Notes: a model not told the origin generated them from the letters alone. A DNA stretch of 64,000 nt from Paramoeba atlantica (GCA_977017575.1 CDRNVI010000142.1:12953-76952), one strand, 5' to 3'; positions 49,001 to 62,609 are shown, counted from the stretch's first letter. Translations and numbers: made by a program.

Positions 49001-51925
49001 TTTTAAATCCATTAATTGAATGAAAAGAAAAGAAAATAGAAAATAGAAAATAGAAAAATCACCCTCAACAAAAACTAAATCAACACACAGAGAGATAGAA
49101 AACAAGAAACAGATCAATGATAATATTACCTTGATAAATTGAGTTCCAAGAAGAGTTGTTTGCTCCGGAACAGCTAAAAGTTGCTCACTCACAAGTTCTT
49201 GATAAATGGTGTATTTGTCCCTTGTTGTGGGTTTTGATGTTAGAAAAGTTATCTTCTTTTTCAAAATATGATCTCTTTCTTCTTTTTCCTTCCTTCTCAA
49301 CAACACAAACAAAAAATAATAAAAAAAAAAAATAATACTGGTCACATTCTGGAAATACAAAATTGGGAATGGAGGAAATTGCAATATGGGGAAGAAAAGC
49401 AGACACTCTGTTTTTGATGGTTTCAGGAACTGAGTCATGTCCATTATTTGGAAGTGCTAATGGTTCTCCAAATTCATTTGTAATTGATGTCACCATCACT
49501 GACACCTATCATCATTGTCAAAAAAAAAAAAACACAAAGAACTCAAAAAAAAAGATTGAGAACAGTTCTCTCTCCCCTTCTAAATCAAAAAAACAAATTC
49601 TCAAAATTATTCTTGTCTTTGTGGAGATGAACTAACCTGATCTAAATCTAATGAAAGGGGACTCAAATTCGCAATAGTCAATCCAATCACAGCAACAAGT
49701 GTATTTTCTTCAATTGTTGAAAGACCACTGTCCAAATACATTTGTTGAAGATCCATGGTTGTCTCATAAAAGTAAAGTAAAGGTGAAGGAGGGAACAAAT
49801 AAAGAGGGTCTGTCGATGGAGTAATAACCCAGTCAAAGCACTGGGTGTAGGAGTCAAGACAAGCAAAATGTTGTTCTTCAAAGGTTACTCCAGTAACAGA
49901 CTGTAACCCATCTTGATATGTCAAACTTGCATGTGGGAACTCTGTTAATTTGAGACGAACAGTCTAGAGGATGAAACAAAAGAAAAATATCAATAACTTT
50001 TTTTTGAAACATTGACATCTGAGAAAAGTTGTATTCATACGAAAGAAAAAAAAAATATTACAGACCTCTGACACTGTTGAAAATGCCACCTGCCATTTCC
50101 CTTCTTTTTCAAATGCTCGGGTTCCACATACAATATATGTGACTTCATCTTCAAAACAAGCACTGAACACGATCCCTTCATTTCTATTTTGGTAGATCTT
50201 TCCAATCACTGAATTTCCGAAAGCTGGAAAAAAGTTCAAAAACTCATTTTCTCTTCTTCAACAGAAATGAAATTTAAACAACAAATAATCAAAACAAAAC
50301 ATCCAGCTGGATTTTAACAAAATAAAAAGGCATTCCAACAAATCAAAAGTGGAATTCTTACATGCAGAAATCCCAATTTGAGTTGGAAGACAGTACAAAT
50401 CAGTATTTGGATCTGACCCAAATCCAGTCAGACCAAGAGAATAAGTATGACATCCTTGTGGGACTGCTGTAAGTAACTGAACCAACCCTGTCCTACAAAT
50501 TTTTTTTTGGGGGGGGGAATCGATTAAAAATTTAATTTAATTCATTTTAAAATTCTAAATAAAATTAAATCAATTTTTTAAAAATAAAATCAATTAATTG
50601 AAATTAATGAAATTAAATAAAACAAAAAAAGAAAAAAAAGAGAGAAAAAACAAACACTGGATTCAAATCATCAAAGGTAAAGATGCGAGAAACACCATCC
50701 TCCAAACAAAGGACAGGATCACCCCCCAATCCTGCATACTCATACTCTACATCTGGAATGTCATCACATGAAATCCTCACAGGTGGAGCTGGAAGTGGAT
50801 ATGTCTGTGTTTTTTGGGGAATTGAGAAAGAAAAAAGAATGAGTTTTATGTTGTTACATTTACACTTTTGATCTCAAGACTGACAAATGTAAAGAGATGA
50901 AACTCACAAAACAACAAAATGAAAGCAAGAAAATAAACTTGGGATGAAGCATGAATATCGATCACAAAAGAAGTTGATTGAGGTGCAAAAACTGAACCAG
51001 CATAAGTTCCAACATTGTATTCAGGATGAACAATTGGGCAAATTTGAAGATAAGATTGTCCATATCCAAAAGAAGGATAGGGTCTTCCCTGATACATACA
51101 AAAGGAAACGAAAATTTTTTTTTAAAAAAAAAAAAAAAAGGTGAAAGAAAATTAAAAAACAAAAAGAAAGAAAACCTGTTTCCAACCATCAACAATTGAA
51201 AAATCGGGTTTTGGATCTATGGTTGAGAGAAATAGAGATGGAGAACCGTAAAAGGGACGAACAATTGCAAGGAGTGGTTGACAAATCATCTCTTCTGGAA
51301 CAAAAAAACGAAAATACATCCATTCTCCTTCATTCAGAGTATATTTTCTGTTTTTGTTTGGTGTGTGTGGGTAATGTGGAGAAAAAAAGAGGGATGAAGG
51401 TCATAGAATGAGAAAAAAGAGCAATAAAAGAGGAAATAGCAACAAAAGAGGAGGACCTTGAAGTTTCTCCAATCTTCAAAGTTTCATAAGAAGGAAGATT
51501 GGAATCACACCAAGATTCAGCTTGCTCCATATCTCCATTTTGAGCTGGTCCACAACACGATGGATCTCCACACCCAGTTGGCTGAAAAAGAAATTCAGAA
51601 AGAAGAAAGATTCAAAGTTCATATTGTTATTGTATTCATATGTGGAAAACATAATAATTACCTGTTGACCAGACCAATCACAAGCGGTACATTCAAGTGG
51701 TGGGCAACTCTGATCGACTGATGGACACAGAAAGGTCTGACCATTGGTGTACAGAGCTTGATCAAATTCCATTCGAACCACTGCGACATTGAAATCCACA
51801 TTCAAAACAGTTTGATTCGAGTACCAGACACTTGATGAAAGGAGCTTTGGTCTCTCTCCATCAACAACAGACCAAGCAAAGAAGGAAAAAAGAATAAAGA
51901 CAAGAAACACTCCACAAACCCTCAT
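43081..51925 (-). CDS. Large multi-exon membrane receptor: signal peptide, long Cys-rich ectodomain and a C-terminal multi-pass (probably 7TM, THH1/TOM1/GPR137-like) domain
   Basis: MRVCGVFLVFILFSFFAWSVVDG signal at 51925. Many Cys-rich exons are separated by short GT-AG introns. Hydrophobic helices SLMYTLGACYCFLGFWCLAG, IIFIVLCIFRAVFMFLY, YFVVFEIPTFLLFSIL, LAIVYQSIIIGVTIGLGGIFF and FTIAFLIRSILFLII. TAA at 43081-43083. Exon boundaries are approximate. Confidence 0.75.
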
Positions 51926-52941
51926 CAAGCCGGAGAGAAGAGAAGGAGAAAGGGGAGGGAGAAAGTGAGAAAAGAAGAGAAGAGAGAGCGGGAAGACGAT
52001 TGCGAGCGTTATCGTTACGAAAAACGTTGTGGAATAAGAACGGAACGCTTTTTTTTTTGGAATTTCCTTTTGATTTTTCCCTGTTCGAAGGGAGTACGGA
52101 GTGTAGCGTGCTCCCTTCGAAAGGGGCACATTGAATGAAAACTGTTGTTCATAAAAGCAGGTGTGCCGAGAATCGATGATTTTTTGAAAAAGTGCCAGCT
52201 CGTCATTCCTAATAGGGCGACATTTGTTTTTGGCGAGAGATTCGAGTCACCATTCTGCCTCTGTTTTCTGAAATTGGATCTGCCACCATCTTCAGGTGGA
52301 GAAGAATATTGATACTTTCAAAAACCACGTCGATGTCTCTGATACCCAATGCATGTTCCCAAACAAAGTAAAGAACAAAGAAAGAAACAAGGATTGCCTT
52401 CTGCACACGAGGAACGTGCGATTATCGCGGAACAGAACGAATCGAAGCACTTTTCTAATCCAACAAACGAACGAAAAAAAACGCTAATTTAAGAACTCTA
52501 AACCCCGCAACTTGTATTTGCTTTATTTGGATTAGGTTTGCTATTTATTTAAATTTGGTTTCGAACCGCTTCACTGAAATCTCTGAGAGCTCTTGAATTT
52601 CACACACCACTCACTCTTTCTTGACAAAATCAAAAGAATAAAACACTTTTCAAATTCCAAATTCTGAATTGAAGATTAATATCCAAAAGGAACAACTGTT
52701 GAAGACCTTGAGATTGATGAACCTATCGAGGATAAACTTGAAGAGAGGGAGGAAAAGAGAAAAAAAAAAACCAAAAAAAACACCCAAAACTCATTTTTTA
52801 TTGAATCAATTTCAATACCTCTCCCACAACAATGTGTGATGATATTGTCATCAAAAAAAGAGATTTGATTTACTTCTTTTCTTGTTATTGTAAAAGGTGT
52901 GTGAGTCAATGTTTCCATTCATTTATTTTATTGTTGTTGTG

Positions 52942-52963
52942 GAATTCATTTGCAAATGAATTC
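52942..52963. promoter_or_regulatory. 22-bp perfect palindrome GAATTCATTTGCAAATGAATTC in a duplicated non-coding block
   Basis: Identical copy at 59435-59456; the surrounding ~130 bp (52940-53075 and 59433-59570) is also similar. A regulatory role is inferred. Confidence 0.4.
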
Positions 52964-53126
52964 TTGTTTTTGTGATTTAGTTTTGTGTTATTTTCCTTTT
53001 CAAAATGTTGGAACTCTCAAAAAATGTTCAGTTTTCTTTTTTTTTTGTTGATTTGATATTTTTTCCCTACAAAACCCACACTCCAATTATTATTTCACAA
53101 AAAAGAAAAGAAAGAAGAGAAAAAAA

Positions 53127-55918
53127 TCAAACATTCCATTCAGTGATCAATTCAACAATTTTCTGATCTTTTGCAACATCAAGCACAGTTTGACCATTCT
53201 AAAATAAAAAAAAAGAAAGGCAAGTTAAAAAAAAAATTAAATCACTCTCCCACCCACTGAAAAACAAAGAGGAAAAATAAGAAAATAGACAACTTTGTTT
53301 TGAAGATTGACATTGGCATGATGTTCAATAAAAATCTTTACAATTTCTTCAAAACCTTTCTCAGCAGCTCGATGAAGAGGGGTCCAACCATCCTATTTTA
53401 ATTTTAAAAAAAAATAAAAAATAAAAATAAAACAAAAATGTTACAGACAAAAACCCTCCCCCCTCCCTTCCTTACACCCCTCCATCATCACATTAAAAAC
53501 AATTCTATTATTTTTTAACCCACAACAACACAAAACAATAAAAAGAAAAATGAGAAAAGAAAAAAAAAGAAAAGAAAAAAAAATCAAAAAACTTTATCTT
53601 GAAGATGTATGTTGGATCCATGTTCAATAAGAAGTCTAACAATTTCTTCAAAACCATTGATAGCAGCTCTGTGAAGAGCAGTCTGTCTTTGGAACTAACA
53701 AAAAGAACTTTTAAAAGAAAAAAAAAATGCTCCTTCCTATAATCAACCCCCCCTTCATTCTCAAAAAAATTCAAAAAGAAAAAGAAATAGAAACCAAATC
53801 AATAAATTCAAAATAACAAAATCAATAATAAGAGAAGAGAAGAACCTTTGTTGTAAGATCATCATTGGGTTCTCCTTTTTTCAATAAAATTTGAACAATT
53901 TGTTCATACCCTTTTTGAGCAATATGAAGAGGAGTTGCTCCACTCTTTTGATATTAAAAAGAAAGAAAAAACGAAAGAAAGTGAAAAAAAAGAAGAAAAG
54001 AAAAAAAAATAAAAAAAAGAATAAAATAAGAACCTCTATTGCAAGATCAACATTTGGTTTTCCTTTTTCCAATAAAATTTGAACAATTTGTTCATGTCCA
54101 TTTTGAGCAGCAACATAAAGAGCAGTTGCTCCATTCTTTTGATAAATAAAAAATAGAAAAATGAGAAAGAAAAAGAAAAAAAACCAAATCAACAAATTCA
54201 AAATGTAAGAAGAGAACCTTTGCTCCAAGATCAACATTTGCTTTCCCTTTTTCCAATAAAAGTTGAACAATTTGTTCAGATCCCTTTTGAGCAGCAATCA
54301 AAAGAGGAGTTGTTCCATTCTTTTTGATATAAAAAAAAGAATAAAAAAAGAGAAAATGAGTGAAAGTGAAAAAAAAAGAAAAAGAAAAAGAAAAAGAAAA
54401 AAATCAAATCAAATCAATAAATATTAAGAAGAAGAGAACCTTTGTTGCAAGATGAACATTTGGTTTTCCTTTTTTCAATAAAATTTCAGCAATTTGTTCA
54501 TATCCATTTTGAGCAGCAATAAAAAGAGGAGTTGCCCCAATCTTTAGATTAAAAAAATAAAAAGAAAAATAAAATAAAAATTGAGAAAGTGAAAAAAAGA
54601 GAAAAAAATGAGAAACCAACTCAACAAAATCAAAAGAAGAATAAAAAGAAGAACCTCAGTTGCAAGATCAATATGTGATTTTCCTTTTTCCAATAAAATT
54701 TGGACAATTTGTTCGTGTCCATTTTGAGCAGCAATATAAAGAGGGGTGGTTCTATCCTTGAGATTCAATAAAAAATAAATAAAAAAAAAATGAAAAAGAA
54801 AAAGAATAAAAATAAAAATAAAAAGAAGAACCTTATCAAGAAGATCAATATTTGCTTTTCCTTTTTTCAATAAAAGTTGAACAATTTGTTCATGTCCATT
54901 TTGAGCAGCAATAAAAAGAGGAGTTGCTCCATCCTCGAGATTCAAAAAAAAGAAAAAAAATGAGAAAAAAAAGAAAAAGAAAAAGAAAAAAAGAAAAAGA
55001 AAAACCACATCCGCAAGATCAACATTTGGTTTTCCTTTTTTCAATAAAATTTGAACAATTTGTTCATGTCCTTTTTGAGCAGCAATATAAAGAGGAGTTG
55101 CTCCACACTTTAGATAAATAAAAAATAAAATGAGAAAGCGAAAAAAGAAAAAGAAAGAAAATAAGAAAAAAAGAACTTTATCTGCAAGATCAACATTTGA
55201 TTTTCCTTTTTTCAATAAAAATTGAACAATTTGTTCATGTCCTTCATAAACAGCAAGGTGAAGAGGACTTTTTCCATCAAACTAAAATGAGAATAAGATC
55301 AAAAAGGATCAGAGTGGCTTTTTTTCAAAAGAGAGCAAAGAAGAAAAGAAAAAAAGAAAAAAAAGAGAAAGAAAAAGAATCAAAGAGTCAAAAAGAAAAA
55401 ATAAAAAAGAAAACAAAAAAAAGAAAAAGAAAGAGGACATTGTGGGAATCACATTTTTCTAGCATCTCAAAAAGGATCTCAATTTGAAGATAATTTTGAT
55501 TCACAAAAGCAATTTTGAATAATTCCTTTTTTTTTTCAATTCAAAAAAAAAAATTAAATGAAAGTAGAATTTTCTTGAACAAAATAGAAGAATGAGAGAA
55601 AGGAGGAAGAAGAGAGAAGAAAGAAAAAAGAAAAAAGAAAAAGGAGGAAAGGTGAAAAAAAAGAAATGACATAAAAAGGGAGAAAGAGAAGTGAAGAGAA
55701 GAGAAGAGAAGACAAAAGAAGACAAAAACCTCAAATGATTTTTCTTTCAACTCTCTTCTCACTTTCTCTTCTTCCTTTTCTCTCAATCCTTTCTCTTCAA
55801 GATTGTGAGTCGTCTCCTCTTTTTCTTTTTCTTCACCCCCCCTTCTCTTGATTCTTTTCTCCTTTTGACCTTTGTCTCCTTTTCTTTTTGTTCTTTTTTC
55901 TGTTTTTCCCTTTTCCAT
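53127..55918 (-). CDS. Ankyrin-repeat protein A (about 11 repeats, one per exon; K/E-rich N-terminus)
   Basis: ~99-bp exons of type GATPLYIAAQKGHEQIVQILLKKGKPNVDLAD bounded by AG/GT; last exon NGQTVLDVAKDQKIVELITEWNV ends at TGA 53127-53129. Confidence 0.9.
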
Positions 55919-56399
55919 TTGCGTTTCTTTGTGTGGAAATAATAATCAAAAAAAAAAGATGGTGTCCTCTTTTGGTGTCCCTCTTTTTGATGTCTCTCTT
56001 TTTTGATGTTGTGATTTGTTAACATCAAAGAATTTGAGTATGCTTGCTTCCAATTTTAAACCCCTCATCCTCATTTGAGTATTTTAATTTTTGTTTAAAT
56101 GTTCAAGTTGAAGCAATAGCGCTGTTTTACCAACTAAACCACCATGTTACAACTAAGTGGTGATACTTTTTTTAAAAAAACAAGAAAAATTATTTCATTT
56201 GAATTAATTCATTTCAAATTTTCTTTGTTGAAAAAGCAAAATTTTCCCAAAACCAAAAAATATTTTGAATTCTTTTTCTTTGTTTTTGTGTTTTGAAGAA
56301 AGAACTACAACAACATATTTTAATTTTCTTTTTTTGTTTGAGCTGGTTTTCTAGTTTGTCCCTAAAATCAAGAAAATAAAAAAGGAGATTCCATTTCTA

Positions 56400-59276
56400 A
56401 CAAGCATTATTTGAAGAATGAAAAAATTGAAAGAAAAAAATAAAAAAAAATCAAACCTTTAATTGCATGATTAGTTCAATAATTCTTTCATCTTTAGCAA
56501 CATCAAGTACTGTGTGACCACTCTAACAAAAAAAGAAAAAAATTCAAAAAAAAAAAAGTTTTCTCTTTCAACAACACCCCACAAATAAAAAAAATTAACA
56601 AATAAAAACAAAGAAACCCTAATAAAAAAGAAGAAAAAAAAACTTGATTTTGAATATTAACATTGGCACCATGCCCAATAAAAATCTTTACAATTTCTTC
56701 CAAACCTTTAGAAGCAGCTGTGTGAAGAGGAGTCCAACCAGTCTTGAAAAAAAAAAAAAATGTTAAAAGAGAAAAACAAAATAAAACAATCACACAAATC
56801 TATTCTCCTCTCATCATAGCAAAAAAAAAATGAGAATAAATATAAAAAAAGAAAAAAAAGAAAATGAAAACTTTCTCTTGATGATGTATATCAGACCCAT
56901 ATTCAATTAGAATTTTTACAACTTCTTCAAAACCTTTGGAAGCAGCAACATGAAGAGGGCTCCAGCCATTCTGAACATAAAAAGAAGTTTAAAAAGAAAA
57001 AAAGAAACACAAATAAAAAACCACACACATAATCAGAGTATAATCAATACAGATTAGAAACAACAAACAAAGAAAAAAAGAATAAGAAAAAATTAACAAA
57101 GTGAAAAAGAAAGAAAAAGAAAAAGAAAAAGAAAAAGAATAATCAATAAAAATAACTTCAATTGCAAGATCAACTTTTGGTTTTCCTTTTTCTAATAAAA
57201 GTTGAACAATTTGTTCATGTCCTTTAAAAGCAGCAATATAAAGAGGAGTTGCTCCATCCTTTACATTCAAAAAAATAGAAAAATGAGAAAGTAAAAAAAA
57301 AAAAAAAAAAAAAAAACAATTAACAAAATAACCTTATCTGCAAGATCAACATTAGCTCCTTTTTCCAATAAAATTTGAACAATTTGTTCATGTCCTTTAA
57401 AAGCAGCAATAAAAAGAGGAGTTACTCCATTCTTTACATTAAAAAAAAAATAGAAAAATGAGAAACTAAAAAAAAAAAAAAAGACACAATCAACAAAATA
57501 ACTTGATCTGCAAGATCAACATTAGCTCCTTTTTCCAATAAAATTTGAACAACTTGTTCATGTCCTTTACAAGCAGCCATAAAAAGAGGAGTTCTTCCAT
57601 TCTTTATATTCAAAAAAATAGAAAAATGAGAAAGTGAAAAGAAAAAGAAAAAAGAAAGGAAAAAAAAAAGAAACAATCATAAAATAACCTCCTCTGCAAG
57701 ATCAACATTAGCTCCTTTTTCCAATAAAATTTGAACAACTTGTTCATGTCCATTTTGAGCAGCAATATAAAGAGGAGTTACTCCATGCTTTACATTAAAA
57801 AAAAATAGGAAAATAAGAAACTAAAAAAAAAAAAAAGACACAATCAACAAAATAACCTTATCTGCAAGATCAACATTAGCTCCTTTTTCCAATAAAATTT
57901 GAACAATTTGTTCATATCCATTTTGAGCAGCAATATAAAGAGGAGTTGTTCCATCCTTTTGATTTAAAATTAATAGAAAAACATCCAAAAAAAATGAAAA
58001 AAAAATTTTTTATAAAAATTGTGAAAAACAAATTCAATCACAATGAACAAAAACCTTTCTCTTTCATTTCAAAAATATTTTCTTTGAATAAAAAAAAGAT
58101 AGAGAACAAAGAAAGAATAAAGAACCTTTCTTTGAGAATTAACATTTGATTTTCCTTTTTCTAATAAAAGTTGAACAATTTGATGATGTCCTTTAAAAGC
58201 AGCAGCATCAAGTGCAGTTTCCCCATGTTCCTTGGGAACATAAAAAAAAAAAAAGGGAAAAGAAATGAAAAAATAAATAAATAGTTTTTGTTTGTTTTAG
58301 AAATATGAGCACTAATTAAAAATAATAAAATAACAATAACCTTTGTTGCAAGCTCAACATTTGGGTTTCCTTTTTCCAGTAAAATTTGAACAATTTGTTC
58401 ATGTCCTTTAAAAGTAGCAATATAAAGAGGAGTTACTCCATTCTTTAACATGAATTTTTAAAAAAAATAGAAAAATGAGAAAATGAGAAACTAAAAAAAA
58501 AAAAAAAAAGGACACAATCAACAAAATAACCTGATCTGCAAGATCAACATTAGCTCCTTTTTCCAATAAAACTTGAACAATTTGTTCATGTCCTTTACAA
58601 GCAGCCATAAAAAGAGGAGTTCTTCCATGCTTTACATTCAAAAAAATAGAAAAATGAGAAAAAGTGAAAAAAAAAAAGAAAAAGAAAAAGAAACAATCAA
58701 CAAAATAACCTGATCTGCAAGATCAACATTTGGTTCTCCTTTTTCCAAGAAAAATTGAACAATTTGTTCTGATCCATTTTGAGCAGCAAAAAAAAGACCA
58801 TCCTTTTGTGAAAAAAAAAGATAAAGGTTAATTTAGTTGTTTACAACCAAAAGTTGTGACAAAAAAGAAATTTCAAATATTTTGGGCGTTTGTTTTGTTT
58901 GGTTGTTTTTTGAGAGAAAAAAAGAGTTCAAATTATGTCTCTCCCTCTCTCCCCCAAACAAAAGGAAAAAAAGAGAGAGAAAGAAAAAGAAGAAACCACA
59001 AACCTCGAATAATTTTTCTTTCAACTCTTTTCTCATTTTCTCTTCTTCTTCTTCTTCTTTTCTCTTCTTCTCTTCTTCTTCTTCTTCTTCTTTCCTCTCT
59101 TCTCCATTTCTCAATTTCGCTGCTTCAAGTTCTTCTTTTTCCACTTTCGGTCTTTTAATCACCCCATTTCTTTGTTTTTCTCTCCCTTTCTCTTCTTCTT
59201 TTCTCTTCCTCTTTCCCTCTTCCTCTCTTCTCTTCTCAGTACTCTCTCTTTCCTCCACCACCTCCTCCTCCATCAT
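56400..59276 (-). CDS. Ankyrin-repeat protein B (about 12 repeats, one per exon; K/E/R-rich N-terminus), tandem paralog of A
   Basis: Exons such as GRTPLFMAACKGHEQVVQILLEKGANVDLADQ and GWTPLHTAASKGLEEIVK. The first exon ends ELKEKLFE (A has ELKEKSFE). The 3' end is approximate. Confidence 0.9.
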
Positions 59277-59434
59277 CGTGTTTCTCTCATTCAAATTCAT
59301 CAAAGGGAAATTTGCGAACAAAAAAAACCAAGAAACTTCCCAAACACCACAAGTTCAATTCTGTTTGGAGTTTCTTTTTTTGGAACAAAAAAATTATTTC
59401 ATTTTGAAAGGATTCATTTCAAAAAAAAGAAATT

Positions 59435-59456
59435 GAATTCATTTGCAAATGAATTC
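59435..59456. promoter_or_regulatory. Second copy of the 22-bp palindrome, ~160 bp upstream of ankyrin gene B
   Basis: Sequence identical to 52942-52963. Confidence 0.4.
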
Positions 59457-59695
59457 TTGTTTTATTTTGTGTTAAATCATCTTCTCAAAATGTTGGAACT
59501 CTCAAAAAATGTTTAGTTTTCTTTTTTTTTGCTGATTTGATATTTTTTCCCTCCAAAACCAAAGAAGAAAACACAAAAAAAAAAAAAAATGAGAAAGAGC
59601 TCAATCTCTTTTTCTATTTTCCAAAACTCACTCAATTATTTCACAAATCCTATCAAAAAAGAAATGATGAGTTTAAATGAGAAAAAAAAAATAAA

Positions 59696-59777
59696 CGACG
59701 CCGGTGAGATTCGAACTCACGCTCCCAGAGGGAAATAGATTAGCAGTCTACCGCGTTAACCACTCCGCCACAGCGCC
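59696..59777 (-). tRNA. tRNA-Ser(GCT): tRNA-Ser, anticodon GCT, 82 nt, long variable arm
   Basis: GGCGCTGTGGCGGAGTGGTTAACGCGGTAGACTGCTAATCTATTTCCCTCTGGGAGCGTGAGTTCGAATCTCACCGGCGTCG folds as a cloverleaf with A and B boxes, followed by an oligo-T terminator. Confidence 0.97.
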
Positions 59778-60207
59778 TTTTTGTGAAAAGTTTCTTGGTT
59801 TCACAGAGGGTTGTTCGGGTGGGGGTTTAATTTTCTCAAGAACACCATCAGTCATCTTTTCTCAGCTCCTGGATTTCAGTCTACTGATCCCTGCTCTGAG
59901 TTCAAACCAAACCTCATCAAATTGAGGGATTTTGTGATGGCTGTGATAGTAGAGCTCCACCTCAATGATGTTGAAAAAAATGGTTTTCTTTTTCATTCAA
60001 TCCTTTTCATTTCTTGATTTATTTAGTTCACAAAACATTTTTCTTTATTATTGGTTGTATAAAGAAATCTAAAAAAATTTACATCTTTGTTTTCAACACA
60101 TTTGTTTTTGTTTTGGTTATTATACACAGTAATTTCTTATTTAAATTATTTCACTATTTGGTTCAATTTTTTCTCTTCAAGTTACATGAAGTTTAAATGA
60201 AAGGTGT

Positions 60208-62609
60208 TTACCAAAGAGGAAAAGGAGATGGGCTTGGAACTAAGCAAAAAACATCTGGGATGGCTTGTTTAAGTGGAAAGTAAATAGCCAAAGTTCCAAC
60301 TGGTCCAATAAAAATTGTTACAACCCACCCAATTTAAAATTCTCCCTAAAACAAAAAAATTATTTTCTTTTTCAATCCTTTTAACAAGTTTCAAATATAA
60401 ATAAAACAAACCAGCAACTCGCTTGTCAACATCTCTCCATGAAAGATAAGCACCCATTCCAACCACAGATCCTACCATTGTGTGACTTGTGCTCACTGGA
60501 AATCCAAATGAAGTACACACAATTACAATTAAAGCAGTTGCAAATTGTGCAGAAAAACCAGCAACAAAGGTCATTTTAGCGATTTTTGATCCCACCGTTC
60601 TGATGACACGGTAGCCAAGGAGTGAAAGACCAATTACTAAAAAAATTCCAGCACCAATGACAACATAAATGGGGCCACCATCTGTATCTGATGTTAACTC
60701 TCCATCTTTATAAAATTCAAAAATGGCAAGGAAAGGTCCAACTGCATTTCCCATATCATTGGCACCTTCAAAAAAATATTCAGTTACCTCTTCTATTTGT
60801 AGTTATTCTTATTTGTTGTTTTTGAAGGAAATTTGAAATGTAACATTTTAAAATGTTGATATAATATTATCCAGACCATGAGCGAGAGCAACAAGACCAG
60901 CAGTGATAACCATCATCCATCTAAAGGGGATTCTGATGTAAAATCTGCAACCAAAGCCAAATAGCATGAAACATATGGCTGGGAGTTATTTGTTCCTTTT
61001 TTTCTTCTTGTTCAGCTTCATCTATTTCCTCTTCAGGGTGGTCAGGCAGGGTTTATTTAACAATAAAGAGAGAAAGGGGGATTTTGATGGAACTGTGGGA
61101 TCAATTACTGTGGGAACAATATCTGAGAGGGATGCTGTTGATAGCTGATGTGCCACAAAAGATAGCTCACGACCTAGATTTGTGGGTTTCCATTTTGTCA
61201 ATTAAAAAAGAGGTCTCAAAAATAGGTTCAAGACAAAATAAAAAATTAAATAAACAAAAACTTGATTCTGAAGCAGTGCCATGTAAAATCTTGGTATGAA
61301 CATCATTTTTTGAGTGATCAAGAAGGCGTGGGATAAAGTAATAACCAATTGGAAGACATATAATATAGACAGGTAAGATCACAACAGCTGGTATCCATTC
61401 TGGTGCCAGATCCCATGCTGCTATCCCTGCCCGATTTGTGTTAAAAAAAAATAACTTAAAATGACAAAGGAAGAAAAGGGAAGAAAGACTCAAAATAATT
61501 GAGTTTAATTTGAATCTTGGGAAATGAAGACAGCAATGAGAACACCAACAAGTGCTATAAAGTAGGGAGAGATACGTTTTGCTGCATTGAAGCGATCTAT
61601 TTTTCAAAAAGATTTTTGAGGAGAAAGAGACACAAAAAAAGAAATGAAAGTGATGAAATCAAAAAAAAAAAAATCGAAATGATCTTCAAAATCACCCAAT
61701 CACCTTCCTTATTCAGAATTAATTTTTCAATCAGAAAGTAAAGAAAAGCTGCTATCGCGCATCCAAGAATAGGGGAAATAATACACGCAACAGCAATGAT
61801 GATTAATGTTGTATCATCAAACGGAGAGGAGCCAAATTCAACAAGACCAAATGTCACAACTAGAAAATGAAAATGAAAATTCAATCAAAATACAGGAGAA
61901 TAGAATATTCGAAATTATCAAAAAAGAAAAAAAAAAATGAAAAAAAAAAACATACTTCCAGAAACGATAGTGTGTGTTGTAGAAACAGGTAATGCCAAAA
62001 CAGTCGCAATTAACATCCAGACACAAGACATGAGCAAAACTGCAAACATCCCAACAACATACTCAGCTTGCCTTCCAAAGTCAATTCTTCAGGATCTTGA
62101 GAAAGAAAAAGGATCAACTTGATACCCCCATATTGACAATTGAAAAAAAAGAAAAGAAAAGAAAAGATTGAGAATGAGAAAAAGGGAAACCAATTAATTT
62201 GGACTTGATTGTCGAACTGACTAAATGACCAAATGCAACAACGCCAGCAAATTCGCAAATGGATCCAACGAGAGCTGCCTATCATGTTTTCTCAAAATCT
62301 TTTTTCTTTTTTCTTTCCTTTTGTTTTGGATTTAAGGCCCCTAAAAAAAAAGAGAAGTAAAAAAAGAGAAAAAAGAGAAAACCTGTGCCAACTGAAGTGC
62401 CAAGAGCGTTCCCAACATCATTTGCACCAATCGCGAATGCAGAAACCCCTTGACCACGCAAAATAAATGAATTTGAAAAAGAAAATTGCAAACGAAGAAG
62501 GAAGAAAACCAAAAAAAAAAAAACCTGCCAAAACTCCACCAACAATTGAGAGCTAAATAAAGAGTATCATCTTCAAAAAGCACTGTCCATCAGAGTCAGA
62601 GTCAGACAT
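60208..62609 (-). CDS. SLC20/PHO4: Inorganic phosphate transporter, PiT/PHO4/SLC20 family (multi-exon)
   Basis: Both signature repeats are present: AFAIGANDVGNALGTSVG, and HGANDMGNAVGP split by an intron; also FPVSTSHTMVGSVVGMG. Three apparent 1-bp indels (two near 62555-62580, one near 60335). Confidence 0.92.
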
